64,000 nucleotides of DNA from Eledone cirrhosa (GCA_964016885.1 OZ024740.1:420918001-420982000); one strand, 5' to 3'. Positions 25,519 to 40,842 are shown, numbered from the stretch's first letter. Notes: a model not told the origin generated them from the letters alone. Made by a program: numbers and translations.

Positions 25519-26464
25519 AGGGCAAGTTAGTTGGTGGTGGAGGATACTTGTTCAGACGTCACTTCTACAACTAAAGTATATTTACATTTATACAACTTTG
25601 AATTGATTATTCAGTTTTTTAGTAATTACATAGCACCATCAGTTGAAGTTATGTGACATTACTGTAAAGGACATCATTGGAGGTTCAAATCTATTTACTG
25701 TCTTTAACTCCTAATGAGCAGAATCTTTCATCTTTAACCCAGTTTTGAATCCTACTTATACTGAATACATTTCATATTGAGAAAGGATGAACATCATTAA
25801 TTCTCATGTCAGTATAGCCTAGAGTTATTGACAGGTGTCTTATGAACTATTTGTATTCAGAAGAATGAAATCTATCATGTTTAGCAATTAAATTTATGTC
25901 TCATTTTCATGGTACACATAAAATATTGTGAAGGAAAACGACATTATAAACTTCAATTAAATATACCATTATCATCATCACCATCATCGTCACCATCACC
26001 ACCATCATCATCATCATCATCTATTTTCTTCACAGTGACAACATAAATCATTTAATGATATTGTATATTTGTGAACAATAACTATAAAAAATATATACAT
26101 GTGTGTCTTGGACTGTGAGAACCCAGCGTGGAGGGCATGTGTAAAATGATGGTGATGGTGGTGATATCATCATTTGATGTCTGTTTCCCCTGCTAGCCAG
26201 GGTTGGATGGGTGTCACAGACCAAGTCACTATTTAATCAGCACCACTGACTTCTCAGGTAGGTCAGGTCTTCCTCTCACATATATTCCCACACTTACATA
26301 CAATATGTATTATATGTAGAACTAGCCACTCCTAGTATTTTATGTGTTTGTGTGTATCCTGCTGTAACAGTGTAATAGGCTGTGGAAATGTTTAAAAACA
26401 CAGTAGAGACTTTAAAAGGGTTAGGGGATGATACATAGCTGCTTTCTTGACAATGTTTAGGGAA

Positions 26465-27395
26465 ATATACATTCTAGACAGTGGCATTTAGGGAGTTAGA
26501 TAAACACTCACTCTAGGTAGCTCAGACACCCCTTTTAGACAAGGATATTCAAGGTGCTAGCGTAAACATATCCATTCTAGGTAATGGCATTTAGGGAGCT
26601 AGGCAGCTACCCCTTCTGGACAAGGGTATTTAAGGTGCTAGGGTAAACATATCCATTCTAGGTAATGGCATTTAGGGAGCTAGGCAGATACCCCTTCTGG
26701 ACAAAGGTATTTAAGGTGCTAGGGTAAACATATCCATTCTAGGTAATGGCATTTAGAGAGCTAGGCAGATACCCCTTCTAGACAAGGGTATTTAAGGTCC
26801 TAGGGTAAACATATCCATTCTAGGTAATGGCATTTAGGGAGCTAGGCAGATACCCCTTCTAGACAAGGGTATTTAAAGTCCTAGGGTAAACATATCCATT
26901 CTAGGTAATGGCATTTAGAGAGCTAGGCAAATACCCCTTCTAGACAAGGGTATTTAAGGTCCTAGGGTAAACATATCCATTCTAGGTAATGGCATTTAGG
27001 GAGCTAGGCAGAAACCCCTTCTAGACAAGGGTATTTAAGGTCCTAGGGTAAACATATCCATTCTAGGTAATGGCATTTAGGGAGCTAAGCAGAAACCCCT
27101 TCTACACAAGGGTATTTAAGGTCCTAGGGTTAACATATCCATCCTAGGTAATGGCATTTAGGGAGCTAGGCAGATACCCCTTCTAGACAAGGGTATTTAA
27201 GGTCAGAGGGCAAACATATCCATCCTAGGTAATGGCATTTAGGGAGCTAGGCAGAGACCCCCTTCTAGACAAGGGTATTTAAGGTCCTAGGGTTAACATA
27301 TCCATTCTAGGTAATGGCATTTAGGGAGCTAGGCAGAGACCCCTTCTAAATAGTGGCATTTAAGGAGTTAACTGAACACCTATTCTTGACAAAGG
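26465..27395. repeat. 81-bp minisatellite (~10 units), a dimer of ~40-bp monomers
   Basis: Unit gggtaaacatatccattctaggtaatggcatttagggagctaggcagataccccttctagacaagggtatttaaggtccta. Both halves follow ttctag-N6-gg-atttA-gg-ctagg, and degenerate monomers lie at both edges. Confidence 0.92.
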
Positions 27396-28644
27396 TAGCT
27401 ATAGAAAACGACCCTAAATTAGGGTGAGGGCTGATGTTAGGGGCAGTATGTATCCATTACCTGCTTTTCAACATTGTAGTATAAGTGCTGTCATCTTGGG
27501 TTGAAATTCATTAAATAAATGTTTAAAGTTTCCTGTTAACTCACACTACATGAGTTGTAGACCTGTTAACTCACATTACATGAGTTGTAGACAATTACAC
27601 CACATTTTATATAATGGTATGAGATGTATTGGAATAAAGAAAACAATGTGCACGCACGTGTGTATTTGTGTGCACGCACGTGTACATGCACATGTACCCT
27701 CTGTTTTTTGTTGTGTGACTGTTTCTCTGGATTTACTCTTGTCTTTTGTAGATAGTAGCTTGCACAAAAGACTTGAATATATTCAGACAGACTGACTGTT
27801 TATGTTGTCAAAATATTCTGTTAAAATATAATCCATCTCCCCTTCCTTGTTTCCATCCATCCTTTCTTCTTTCTGTCCTTCTGTCTATGCTTCCTTCTGT
27901 CTATCTTTCTTCATTCTATTTATATTTCTAAAAGGATTATCTTCTATCCAATACTATCAGGAGATAGCAAGTTGATAAATATTTTCAGACATTAGAAGAA
28001 ACACAGTTTAATCTTGTGTTAAGCTGTATATCATCATTGTCACCATATCTGCAGATAAATGCCGACACATTACAATTCTGGTGCATTAATACTGAAAATT
28101 TCCACCGAAAATTCTGATTGCAAATTCATTTACTTTTCTAAATATTTATTTTTTATTTTTTATCTTATATCAGTTTTTTATTATTTTTTTTTCCGTTTTC
28201 CCTGATTTCACTTCTGTGTATCTAACTAATTAGCTATATTGATTTTTAGGGTCGTAACAAGGGCATTCAACATGTTTTCCTGTTGCCTTTCTCATGTTTT
28301 CTTTTTTGTCTTTTTTTCTTTAGGGTATACATGACTCACTGGAGTCTATCAGTCTGATTCACCACTCTTCTGCTATTTCCATCATACAAATAATATTCTG
28401 TTGAATTTTGTCTGACTTCAGAACATGTTGCTTATTATCAACATCATGTACTTCCCTGCTATTTTTTTACTATTATATTTTTTAGTATTTTTATTCACAC
28501 ATTTTTATTTTTTCCTGCGTCTTTCCCCTTAAAAAGGAAACAGGAAGGCTCTACGCTCCAATATACAATATGTCGATATATTTAAAACACTCATTGTTTG
28601 TGTGTAATTCTGAGGAATTTATTGAGTCCTATTTTTAATACAAA

Positions 28645-28719
28645 CTACACAGATATGTATACAATACATGTATATACAGATATGTATACAATATATGTAT
28701 ATACAGATATGTATACAAT

Positions 28720-28757
<38 letters not shown>

Positions 28758-28971
28758 TATGTTTATATTATATGTATGGATTGGTGGAGGGTCGGACGCC
28801 ATGCTTTCCTGCATAGTTATGTCCCTTTACAATCTGAGTTCAAATCCCGTCGAGGTTAACTTTGCCTTTCATCCTTACGGGGCCGATAAAATAAAGTACC
28901 AGTAATACACTGGGTATTTGCTGGCCTTGTGCCTAAAGTAGAAACAATTATATGTATATACAGATATGTAT

Positions 28972-29009
<38 letters not shown>

Positions 29010-29815
29010 TATGTTTATATTATATGTATATATATATACAGATATGTTTATATTATATGTATATACAGATATGTATACAATATATATATATATATACATA
29101 CAGATATGTATATATTATATGTACCCTTTACGATCTGAGTTCAAATCCCGCCGAGATTGACTTTGCCTTTCATCCTTACGGGGTCGATAAAATAAAGTAC
29201 CAGTAATGCACTGGGTTATTGCTGGCCTTGTGCCTAAAGTAGAAACAATTATATGTGTAAACAGATATGTATTCAGTATATGTATATACAAACATCTATA
29301 TATAGATATGTATACAGTATATATATATATATAGATATGTATATACAGATATGTATACAGTATATATATATATATATATATAGATATGTGTATACAGATA
29401 TGTATACAATATATTTATATACAGATATGTATATATGTATATACAGATATGTATACACTATATGTATATACAGATATGTATATATAAAAAAAAAAAGCGC
29501 CCAGCCCACACTGTAAAGTGGACGTGTAGGCACCACGGCAAAAAAGCACCCAGCACTCATTGTAAATGAGGTTGGTGTTAGGAAGGGCATTCAGCTGTAG
29601 AAATCAAGCCAGAATCAGTTCTCGTATGATTAAGACAACTGCCCACACCAGGACAACCCGTCTAACCCATGCTAGCGTGGAAGAACGGACGTAAAATGAT
29701 GATGAATATATGTATATACGGAGATATATATATTATATGTATATACAGATATGTATACAATATTTGTATATACAGACATTGTATATAATATATACAGATA
29801 TGTATTTAAAAGTTA
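28645..29815. repeat. Degenerate acagatatgtatac/(TA)n repeat region with three embedded SINE pieces
   Basis: The motif tacagatatgtatacaata recurs throughout. SINE copies lie at ~28778-28950, ~29122-29251 and ~29490-29705, all on the + strand. Confidence 0.8.
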
Positions 29816-29946
29816 AACAAGGTTCAATGAATACATCAAAGAATGAGTTTTACAATAGATTGGAAGCACTCAACAGAAAAGGTTTTCCAGAGTTATTAAT
29901 ATTAATTCAAAATATTAACAAAATAGATATTCTTGTGATCAATTAT

Positions 29947-30011
29947 ATTTTATTATACATATTTCATAGGTACTGAGTTAACTTCAACAGTACGTCCTCA
30001 TCAAATAAAAT
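29947..30011 (-). ncRNA. Minimal type I hammerhead ribozyme, C3U core variant
   Basis: The minus strand reads attttat-TTGATGA-ggacgtactg...cagtacctat-GAAA-tatgta-TA-ataaaat. Confidence 0.55.
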
Positions 30012-30060
30012 AAGATGAGGCATGACATACCCTGACATAGTAGATGGTTAAGATTCAGTC

Positions 30061-30125
30061 ATTTTATCTGATGAGGACGTACTGTTGAACTTAACTCATT
30101 ACCTCTGAAATATGTATAATAAAAT
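30061..30125 (+). ncRNA. Minimal type I hammerhead ribozyme
   Basis: attttat-CTGATGA-stem II-GAAA-tatgta-TA-ataaaat. Stem I is attttat/ataaaat, stem III is short and near-palindromic, and the predicted cleavage triplet is AUA. Confidence 0.72.
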
Positions 30126-30550
30126 ATAATTGATCACAAGAATATCTATTTTGTTAATATTTTGAATTAATACAGATGTGTATATATTCATTATACATAT
30201 TGCACGATTGTCAAACATTAGAACATTGGATAGAATACTTTGTAGTATTAATTCCAGCTTTCTCTTCTCTGAGTTCAATTCTTGCCGGGGTCATCTTTAC
30301 CTTTTATCCTTTCCATGCTGATAAGTACCAGTCAAGTACTGGAGCTGATTCTTCCTCCATATCTCTTTCTCACATCCTTTCTCTCACTCTCTCTCCTTCA
30401 CTGGAAGAAATCTGCTGTATTCAGACCTAGAGAGGAGATGGGCCCCACCAGGTTTTAAAATACCAATATGGCACCTTATGACTCTCTCAGGAGTTATGGG
30501 TGGATAAATACATACATTACATCATATTTTATTACATATAATAAGGCACA

Positions 30551-30894
30551 TGGAGGCACATGGCTTAGTGGTTAGAGCATTGGCCTTGCAACCGAAAGGT
30601 TGTGAGTTCAATTCTCAGACCGGGTGATGTGTTGTTTCCTTGAGCAAGACACTTTATTTCACATTGCTCCAGTTTCCTCAGCTGTAGAAATGAGATGATA
30701 GGGACTGGGGTCCCTATCATTTCACTGCAAAGTGGTCGTGGAGGTGCCACGGTAAAAAAGCACCCAGCACTCACTGTAAATGAGGTTGGTGTTAGGAAGG
30801 GCATCCAGCTGTAGAAATCAAGCTAGAATCTGTTCCCGTCCCACCCTTGCAAGCAGGGAAAAGTGGACGTAAAATGAAATGATGAAATGATGAT
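30551..30894 (+). mobile_element. Full-length tRNA-derived CORE-like SINE, tail type A
   Basis: A box tggcttagtgg, B box gagttcaattc, CORE-like ccttgagcaagacactttatttcacattgctccag, the ggaagggcatccagc domain and an (atg)n tail. Confidence 0.9.
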
Positions 30895-31144
30895 AATAAA
30901 TATTCCAGAACCTTAGAGATTCCAAACTGAAGGTTTTGATTGGATTTTCATCTATATTACAAACACTTCCATCTTCCAATAGTTATTCAGATTATTGGCA
31001 TCTTTCACTTTTGATGTATTTCTCATCCTGATTTACAGACTAATGCTACAATATTAATATTTTAATATTGTTTGCAAAGTTCTATCTATTAATATTTTAA
31101 TATTGTTTGAAAGTTCTATCTCCTCATGCATTTTTATCTACACA

Positions 31145-31146
<2 letters not shown>

Positions 31147-31197
<51 letters not shown>
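31147..31197. repeat. (CT)n microsatellite
   Basis: Pure CT run. Confidence 0.95.
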
Positions 31198-31202
<5 letters not shown>

Positions 31203-31914
31203 AGACATTACATCTGTGGGTTCTTTAGTTTGTTTTAGACATCATGGTCAAGGCCATACTGCAGCATTGTCTTCATGTATATTTGTAAATGTATTTTAAC
31301 TGGGTTTTTTTCTTTACTACTCTAGTACCCATTTCTGATTTTAGACAGTTTTTAGATGAATTAGAAGTATTAGAGCAAACAGAAGTTCCCCTGAGTGGTC
31401 AGTTTGAAACTCCTCTGTTTTAGCCTGGAAAACTATAATAAACAGGAGGGAGATGAGAACCTAGCCCTGATGGACACCTACTTACCTGCTAAGTTCCACC
31501 CAGAACTTGTTGCAAATCCTTGCTGAACTCATTGCTAACTCTCGTTTTGCTGACAGCATCTCTGTATATTTTTAGTTTTCTTAGCAGTCACCAGATGGCA
31601 GAGTGTAGGTACTTTATCAAAGGCCTTCTCTAGGCTGGCTATTTATTATGGAATACAGAGTGTAGCTACTTTATCAAAGGTTGGTTAGTTATAATGACTT
31701 ACTCTTTACTAATAACATCTTATGTAGCAGTCCCATTAGGAACAGAACATTAGTAATACCCTATATTGGTACAAACCTTAACTGCATCTCATTTGACTAA
31801 ATTTTCTTTCTAATTAGTTGTTTTGTCATTTTTATAACTTGTACCATCAGTTTGATGCCTTCATAGTTGCTTCTTTCCAGAGTATTACCATTACTTATTT
31901 ATCAGTTAATAATA

Positions 31915-32015
31915 ATTGTTTCTACTTTTGGCACAAGGACAGCAATTATCCCAGTGCATTACTGGTACTTTATTTTATTGACCCCCGTAAGGATGAAAGG
32001 CAAATTAACCTTGGT
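31915..32015 (-). mobile_element. SINE 3' half with the gcctttcatcc domain
   Basis: aattgtttctacttttggcacaagg...ctggtactttattttattgacccccgtaaggatgaaaggcaaa. Confidence 0.8.
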
Positions 32016-32431
32016 TGGAAATTACAACTTAGTGTACTATCTGATTAACTATTAGAGTGCGTAGCATGTATTCTCTTTTAGTAGATATTTTCAGTGTCAT
32101 CCTTATTCCCTGATCTAGCTTCTCGTGCTGCCTTCATATCCTTAATGGTCATTTTCTCTGTATACCTGTCGATTTCAATAGCTAGCTCTGTTGGGTCTAC
32201 TTAGGGGTGGCCTTTTCTCCCTAAAATATCTGGTAAATGTTATTAGGTTTCTTGGTTTTGAGAGGGGCATTCTCATTTTGTTGTACAGACACGTGTGTGT
32301 CTCTCACTCTCTCTCTCTCTCTCTATATATATATACATATATATGTATGTATATATATGTATGTATGTATATGTATGTATGTATGTATATGTATGTATGT
32401 ATATGTATGTATATATATATATGTATGTATG

Positions 32432-32470
<39 letters not shown>

Positions 32471-32772
32471 GTAGTAGAATAATCGAGTATCGAAAAATCG
32501 GCGCACGAGTTCACGATAAACAAAATTCGAAATGAGCGGCAGAGGGCTCAATATGTGTGTATTTATATATATATGTATATATATATATATGTATGTATAT
32601 ATATATATGTATGTGTATATATATTTATGTATATATATTTATGTATATATATATATGTATGTATATATATATATGTATGTGTATATATATATATATATAT
32701 ATGTATGTGTATATATACATGTGTATTTATATATATATATATATATTATGTGTATTTATATATATATATGTG

Positions 32773-32831
<59 letters not shown>

Positions 32832-32849
32832 ATTTATATATATATGTAT

Positions 32850-33576
32850 ATCATCATCATCATCATCATCATCAGGTTTAGCGTCCGTGTTCCACGCTTG
32901 CATGGGTTTGGATGGGGGTTTTCCCACTTGAGGCAAGAGTGGTTGTCTTGCTCGCATAGGACTGTCTGGCGGGTTTTCTACAGTTGGATGCCCTTCCTAA
33001 CACCAACCACATTTACAGTGTGGGGCTGGGAGGTTTTTACCGTGTTGCATACACGGCCACATTACAGCGTGGACTGTCTGGCGGGTTTTCTACAGCTGGA
33101 TGCCCTTCCTAACACCAACCACATTTACAGTGTGGGGCTGGGAGGTTTTTACCGTGTTGCCTACACGGCCACATTACAGCGTGGACTGTCTGGCGGGTTT
33201 TCTACAGCTGGATGCCCTTCCTAACACCAACCACATTTACAGTGTGGGGCTGGGAGGTTTTTACCGTGTTGCCTACACGGCCACATTACAGCGTGGACTG
33301 TCTGGCGGGTTTTCTACAGCTGGATGCCCTTCCTAACACCAACCACATTTACAGTGTGGGGCTGGGAGGTTTTTACCGTGTTGCCTACACGGCCACATTA
33401 CAGCGTGGACTGTCTGGCGGGTTTTCTACAGCTGGATGCCCTTCCTAACACCAACCACATTTACAGTGTGGGGCTGGGAGGTTTTTACCGTGTTGCCTAC
33501 ACGGCCACATTTACAGCGTGGACTGTGTGTTTTTTGTCGTGACACCTACACGATCTCATTTGTTTCGGCCTGGATG
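32850..33576 (-). mobile_element. SINE copy containing five tandem 112-bp internal units (~32959-33525)
   Basis: Reverse homologue of 37710-37990. Identical ORF starts at 33100, 33212, 33324 and 33436 show the 112-bp period. Confidence 0.9.
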
Positions 33577-33605
33577 TTATATATATATGTATATATATAT
33601 GTATG

Positions 33606-33638
<33 letters not shown>

Positions 33639-33663
33639 ATATATATATATATGTGTATATGTG

Positions 33664-33704
<41 letters not shown>

Positions 33705-33747
33705 ATTTATATATATATATATGTATATATATATATGTATATGTATG

Positions 33748-33778
<31 letters not shown>

Positions 33779-33783
33779 GTATG

Positions 33784-33871
<88 letters not shown>

Positions 33872-34319
33872 TGTATGTGTATATATATATATATATGTAT
33901 GTATATATGTATATATATATATATATGTATGTATATATGTATATATATATATATATGTATGTATATATGTATATATATATATATATGTATGTATATATAT
34001 ATATGTATATATATATATGTATATATATATATGTATATATATATATGTATATATATATATGTATATATGTATATATATATATGTGTATATATATATATGT
34101 ATATATATATATGTATATATATATATGTATATATATATATATGTATGTATATATATATATGTATGTATATATATGTATATGTATATATATATATGTATAT
34201 ATATATATGTATATATATATATGTATGTATATATATGTATATGTATATATATATATGTATGTATATATATGTATATGTATATATATATATGTATATATAT
34301 ATATGTATATATATATATG

Positions 34320-34502
<183 letters not shown>

Positions 34503-34624
34503 GTATATATATATATGTATATATATATATGTATATATATATGTATATATATATGTATATATATATGTATATATATATATGTGTATATATATATATATAT
34601 GTATGTATATATATATATGTGTAT

Positions 34625-34660
<36 letters not shown>

Positions 34661-34721
34661 GTATGTATATGTATGTATATGTATGTATATGTATATATAT
34701 GTATCTATATGTATGTATATG

Positions 34722-34756
<35 letters not shown>

Positions 34757-34773
34757 CTATATGTATGTATATG

Positions 34774-34808
<35 letters not shown>

Positions 34809-35457
34809 CTATATGTATGTATATGTATGTATATATATATATATATATATATATGTATCTATATGTATGTATATGTATGTATATATATATATATATATAT
34901 ATATGTATCTATATGTATGTATATGTATATATATATATATATATGTATCTATATGTATGTATATGTATATATATATATATATATGTATCTATATGTATGT
35001 ATCTATATGTATGTATATGTATATATATATATATATATGTATCTATATGTATGTATATGTATATATATATATATATATATGTATCTATATGTATGTATAT
35101 GTATATATATATATATATATGTATCTATATGTATGTATATGTATATATATATATATATATGTATCTATATGTATGTATATGTATATATATATATATATAT
35201 GTATCTATATGTATGTATATGTATATATATATATATATATGTATCTATATGTATGTATATGTATATATATATATATATATGTATCTATATGTATGTATAT
35301 GTATATATATATATATATATGTATCTATATGTATGTATATGTATATATATATATATATATGTATCTATATGTATGTATATGTATATATATATATATATAT
35401 GTATCTATATGTATGTATATGTATATATATATATATATATATGTATCTATATGTATG

Positions 35458-35502
<45 letters not shown>

Positions 35503-35529
35503 GTATATGTATATGTATGTATATGTATG

Positions 35530-35581
<52 letters not shown>

Positions 35582-35604
35582 TGTATGTATGTATATGTAT
35601 ATAT

Positions 35605-35645
<41 letters not shown>

Positions 35646-35664
35646 TGTATGTATGTATGTATAT

Positions 35665-35705
<41 letters not shown>

Positions 35706-35739
35706 TGTATGTATGTATATATATATGTATGTATGTATG

Positions 35740-35819
<80 letters not shown>

Positions 35820-35833
35820 TGTATGTATGTATG

Positions 35834-35893
<60 letters not shown>

Positions 35894-36213
35894 TGTATGT
35901 ATATATATATGTATGTATATATATATGTATATATGTATATATATATGTATGTGTATATATATATGTATGTATATATATATATATATGTGTATATATATTT
36001 ATGTATATATATATTTATGTATATATATATTTATGTATATATATGTATGTATATATATATATATATGTATGTGTATATATATATGTGTATTTATATATAT
36101 ATATACATTATGTGTATTTATATATATATATGTGATTTATATATATATATGTGTATTTATATATATATATATGTATATATATATGTATATATATATGTAT
36201 ATATATATGTATG

Positions 36214-36244
<31 letters not shown>

Positions 36245-36245
36245 G

Positions 36246-36288
<43 letters not shown>

Positions 36289-36293
36289 GTATG

Positions 36294-36347
<54 letters not shown>

Positions 36348-36359
36348 TGTATATATATG

Positions 36360-36402
<43 letters not shown>

Positions 36403-36403
36403 G

Positions 36404-36446
<43 letters not shown>

Positions 36447-36496
36447 GTATGTATATATATATATATGATATATATATATATATATGTATATATATG

Positions 36497-36539
<43 letters not shown>

Positions 36540-36544
36540 GTATG

Positions 36545-36578
<34 letters not shown>

Positions 36579-36586
36579 TATGTATG

Positions 36587-36642
<56 letters not shown>

Positions 36643-36650
36643 TATGTATG

Positions 36651-36729
<79 letters not shown>

Positions 36730-36746
36730 GTGTATATATATATATA

Positions 36747-36795
<49 letters not shown>

Positions 36796-36860
36796 ATATG
36801 TATGTATATATGTATGTATATATATATATGTATGTATATATGTATGTATATATATATATG

Positions 36861-36910
<50 letters not shown>

Positions 36911-36912
36911 TG

Positions 36913-36955
<43 letters not shown>

Positions 36956-37039
36956 ATATATATATGTATGTATATATATATATGTGTATATATATATGTA
37001 TGTATATATATATATGTATGTATATATATATATGTGTAT

Positions 37040-37079
<40 letters not shown>

Positions 37080-37082
37080 GTA

Positions 37083-37125
<43 letters not shown>

Positions 37126-37179
37126 ATGTATGTATATATATATATATATATATGTATCTATATGTATGTATATGTATGT

Positions 37180-37283
37180 ATCATCATCATCATCATCAAC
37201 GTTTAACGTCCGTGTTCCACGCTTGCATGGGTTTGGACGGGGGTAGTCCCACTTGAGGCAAGAGTGATTGTCTTGCTCGCATA
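37180..37283 (-). mobile_element. SINE 3' tail fragment
   Basis: Homologous to 32850-32958. Confidence 0.8.
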
Positions 37284-37397
37284 TATATATATGTATGTAT
37301 GTATATATATATATGTGTATATATATATATATGTATGTATGTATATATATATATATGTATGTATATATATATATATGTATGTATATATATATATATG

Positions 37398-37597
37398 NNN
37401 NNNNNNNNNNNNNNNNNNNNNNNNNNNNNNNNNNNNNNNNNNNNNNNNNNNNNNNNNNNNNNNNNNNNNNNNNNNNNNNNNNNNNNNNNNNNNNNNNNNN
37501 NNNNNNNNNNNNNNNNNNNNNNNNNNNNNNNNNNNNNNNNNNNNNNNNNNNNNNNNNNNNNNNNNNNNNNNNNNNNNNNNNNNNNNNNNNNNNNNNN
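37398..37597. other. Assembly gap of 200 N
   Basis: Run of exactly 200 N between TA repeats; the true length is unknown. Confidence 0.99.
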
Positions 37598-37611
37598 ATA
37601 TATATATATAC

Positions 37612-37990
37612 TACAGTCAGTAGGCATCTCTAACAAAATACACCCGCGTCCCACCACCCCCACCCCGTCCACACCGCCCCTTTCAATGTAAAGTTATGTT
37701 GGTGCCACAACATCCAGGCCGAAACAAATGAGATCGTGTAGGTGTCACGAAAAAAAAAACACACAGTCCACGCTGTAATGTGGCCGTGTAGGCAACACGG
37801 TAAAAACCTCCCAGACCCACACTGTAAATGTGGTTGGTGTTAGGAAGGGCATCCAACTGTAGAAAACCCGCCAGACAGTCCTATGCGAGCAAGACAACCA
37901 CTCTTGCCTCAAGTGGGAAAACTCCCGTCCAAACCCATGCAAGCATGGAACACGGACGTTAAACGATGATGATGATGATGATGATGATGA
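37612..37990 (+). mobile_element. SINE-like element with the ggaagggcatcc domain and (gat)n tail, unamplified copy
   Basis: Contains one copy of the 112-bp unit between acagtcc at 37763 and acagtcc at 37875. The 5' boundary is uncertain. Confidence 0.8.
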
Positions 37991-38014
37991 TATATATATA
38001 TATATGTATATATG

Positions 38015-38045
<31 letters not shown>

Positions 38046-38136
38046 GTATATATATGTATATGTATATATATGTATATGTATATATATATATATGTATATA
38101 TATGTATATATATATATATGTATATATATGTATATG

Positions 38137-38167
<31 letters not shown>

Positions 38168-38254
38168 GTATATATGTATATATATATGTATATATATATA
38201 TATTTATATATGTATATATATATATATATGTATATATATATGTATATATATATG

Positions 38255-38285
<31 letters not shown>

Positions 38286-38286
38286 G

Positions 38287-38355
<69 letters not shown>

Positions 38356-38368
38356 GTATATATATATG

Positions 38369-38399
<31 letters not shown>

Positions 38400-38400
38400 G

Positions 38401-38471
<71 letters not shown>

Positions 38472-38648
38472 GTATATATATATATATGTATATATATATA
38501 TGTATATATATATATATGTATATATATGTATATATATATATATGTATATATATATATGTATATATATATATATGTATATATATATATGTATATATATATA
38601 TATGTATATATATATATGTATATATATATATATGTATATATATATATG

Positions 38649-38679
<31 letters not shown>

Positions 38680-38697
38680 GTATATGTATGTATATAT

Positions 38698-38749
<52 letters not shown>

Positions 38750-38816
38750 GTATATATATATGTATATATATATATATGTATATATATATGTATGTATATA
38801 TGTATATATATATATG

Positions 38817-38847
<31 letters not shown>

Positions 38848-38915
38848 GTATGTATATATGTATATATATATATATGTATATATATATGTATATATATATG
38901 TATATATATATGTAT

Positions 38916-38953
<38 letters not shown>

Positions 38954-39030
38954 ATGTATGTATATATATGTATATATATATGTATATGTATGTATATATA
39001 TGTATATATATATGTATATATATATGTATG

Positions 39031-39061
<31 letters not shown>

Positions 39062-39125
39062 GTATGTATATATATATGTATGTATGTATATATATGTATG
39101 TATGTATATATATATATATGTATGT

Positions 39126-39166
<41 letters not shown>

Positions 39167-39596
39167 TATATGTATGTATATATATATATGTATGTATATA
39201 TATATATGTATGTATATATATATATATGTATGTATATATATATATGTATGTATATATATATATGTATGTATATATATATATATGTATGTATATATATATA
39301 TGTATGTATATATATATATGTATGTATATATATATATATGTATGTATATATATATGTATGTATATATATATATGTATGTATGTATATATATATGTATGTA
39401 TATATATATATGTATGTATATATATATATATGTATGTATATATATATATATGTATGTATATATATATATGTATGTATATATATATATGTATGTATATATA
39501 TATATATGTATGTATATATATATATATGTATGTATATATATATATGTATGTATATATATATATGTATGTATATATATATATGTATATATATATATG

Positions 39597-39666
<70 letters not shown>

Positions 39667-39945
39667 TGTATGTATATATATATATATGTATGTATATATA
39701 TATGTATATATATATATATATATGTATGTATATATATATATATGTATGTATATATATATATATGTATGTATATATATATATATGTATGTATATATATATA
39801 TGTATGTATATGTATGTATGTATATGTATGTATATATATATATATGTATGTATATATATATATGTATGTATATATATATATATGTATGTATATATATATA
39901 TATGTATGTATATATATATATGTATGTATATATATATATGTATGT

Positions 39946-40563
39946 ATCCTTCTCTTCTCTACTTTCGCCCGACCACACCTTGAATACTGTTGTCCACTGT
40001 GGTCTCCCCGCACGAAACAAAGTATCATGAAACTTGAAGCTCCTCAAAGGGCAATCATGAAAAAGATAGATGGCATGTCAGACCTTGACTACTGGGGTCG
40101 ATTAGAAAACCTGAAACTTTACTCACTCCAACGTTGCCGTGAGCGTTATATTATCTGCATGATGTGGAAAATGTTCCATCATCACTGCCCAAATGATGTT
40201 GGCATCGCCTTCAAGATACACCCAAGGCTTGGGCCCCGTGCTATCCGTCCCATTCAAAAATCTAAATCGCAACTCATAACAACAATACGGCACAATTATT
40301 TCACCTCAATCGGCCCTGCTCTCTTCAACATCACACCAGGACACGTCAAAACAGAAACTGACCACACAAAATTCAAGAAGTCTTTGGACAAATTCCTCCA
40401 AGTAATCCCGGACAAACCACCCACACCCGGATATGTCTCCGCAAACAGTAATTCTCTTCTCGAATGGGCCATGGTGCCCAAATCCTGAATTGAAAGACTT
40501 CGCCAGATGGTGCTATTAAGTTAGACATGGCCTGGGCCAATACTGGCCAAAACATTTCAAAGT
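39946..40563 (+). mobile_element. CR1-group LINE, 5'-truncated (ORF2 C-terminus to the stop at 40488, plus 3' UTR)
   Basis: About 180 codons without a stop: [13 protein letters not shown]...LEAPQR...[20 protein letters not shown]...[16 protein letters not shown]. Flanked on both sides by TATG microsatellite. Confidence 0.9.
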
Positions 40564-40633
40564 TATATGTATATGTATGTATATATATATATGTATGTAT
40601 ATATATATATGTATGTATATATATATATGTATG

Positions 40634-40664
<31 letters not shown>

Positions 40665-40808
40665 GTATGTATATATATATATATATATGTATGTATATAT
40701 ATATATATGTATGTATATATATATGTATGTATATATATATGTATGTATGTATATATATATATATGTATGTATATATATATGTATGTATATATATATATAT
40801 ATGTATGT

Positions 40809-40842
<34 letters not shown>

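Larger units (their letters stand above)
29820..30172. mobile_element. Penelope-like pseudo-LTR inverted repeat
   Basis: 112-bp inverted arms (29900-30011 and 30061-30172) with a 49-bp spacer. Each arm carries a hammerhead motif, and the left arm extends through agcactcaacag. Confidence 0.75.

Noticed and set aside
30551-30625. tRNA gene
   Set aside because: A and B boxes are present, but the sequence continues into a SINE body and is a dispersed repeat. It is a SINE head, as at 14140-14216 and 44060-44136.
37180-37990. Inverted SINE tails on either side of the gap as a biological palindrome
   Set aside because: The two sides are separated by an unsized 200-N gap, so their spacing and relative orientation cannot be trusted.
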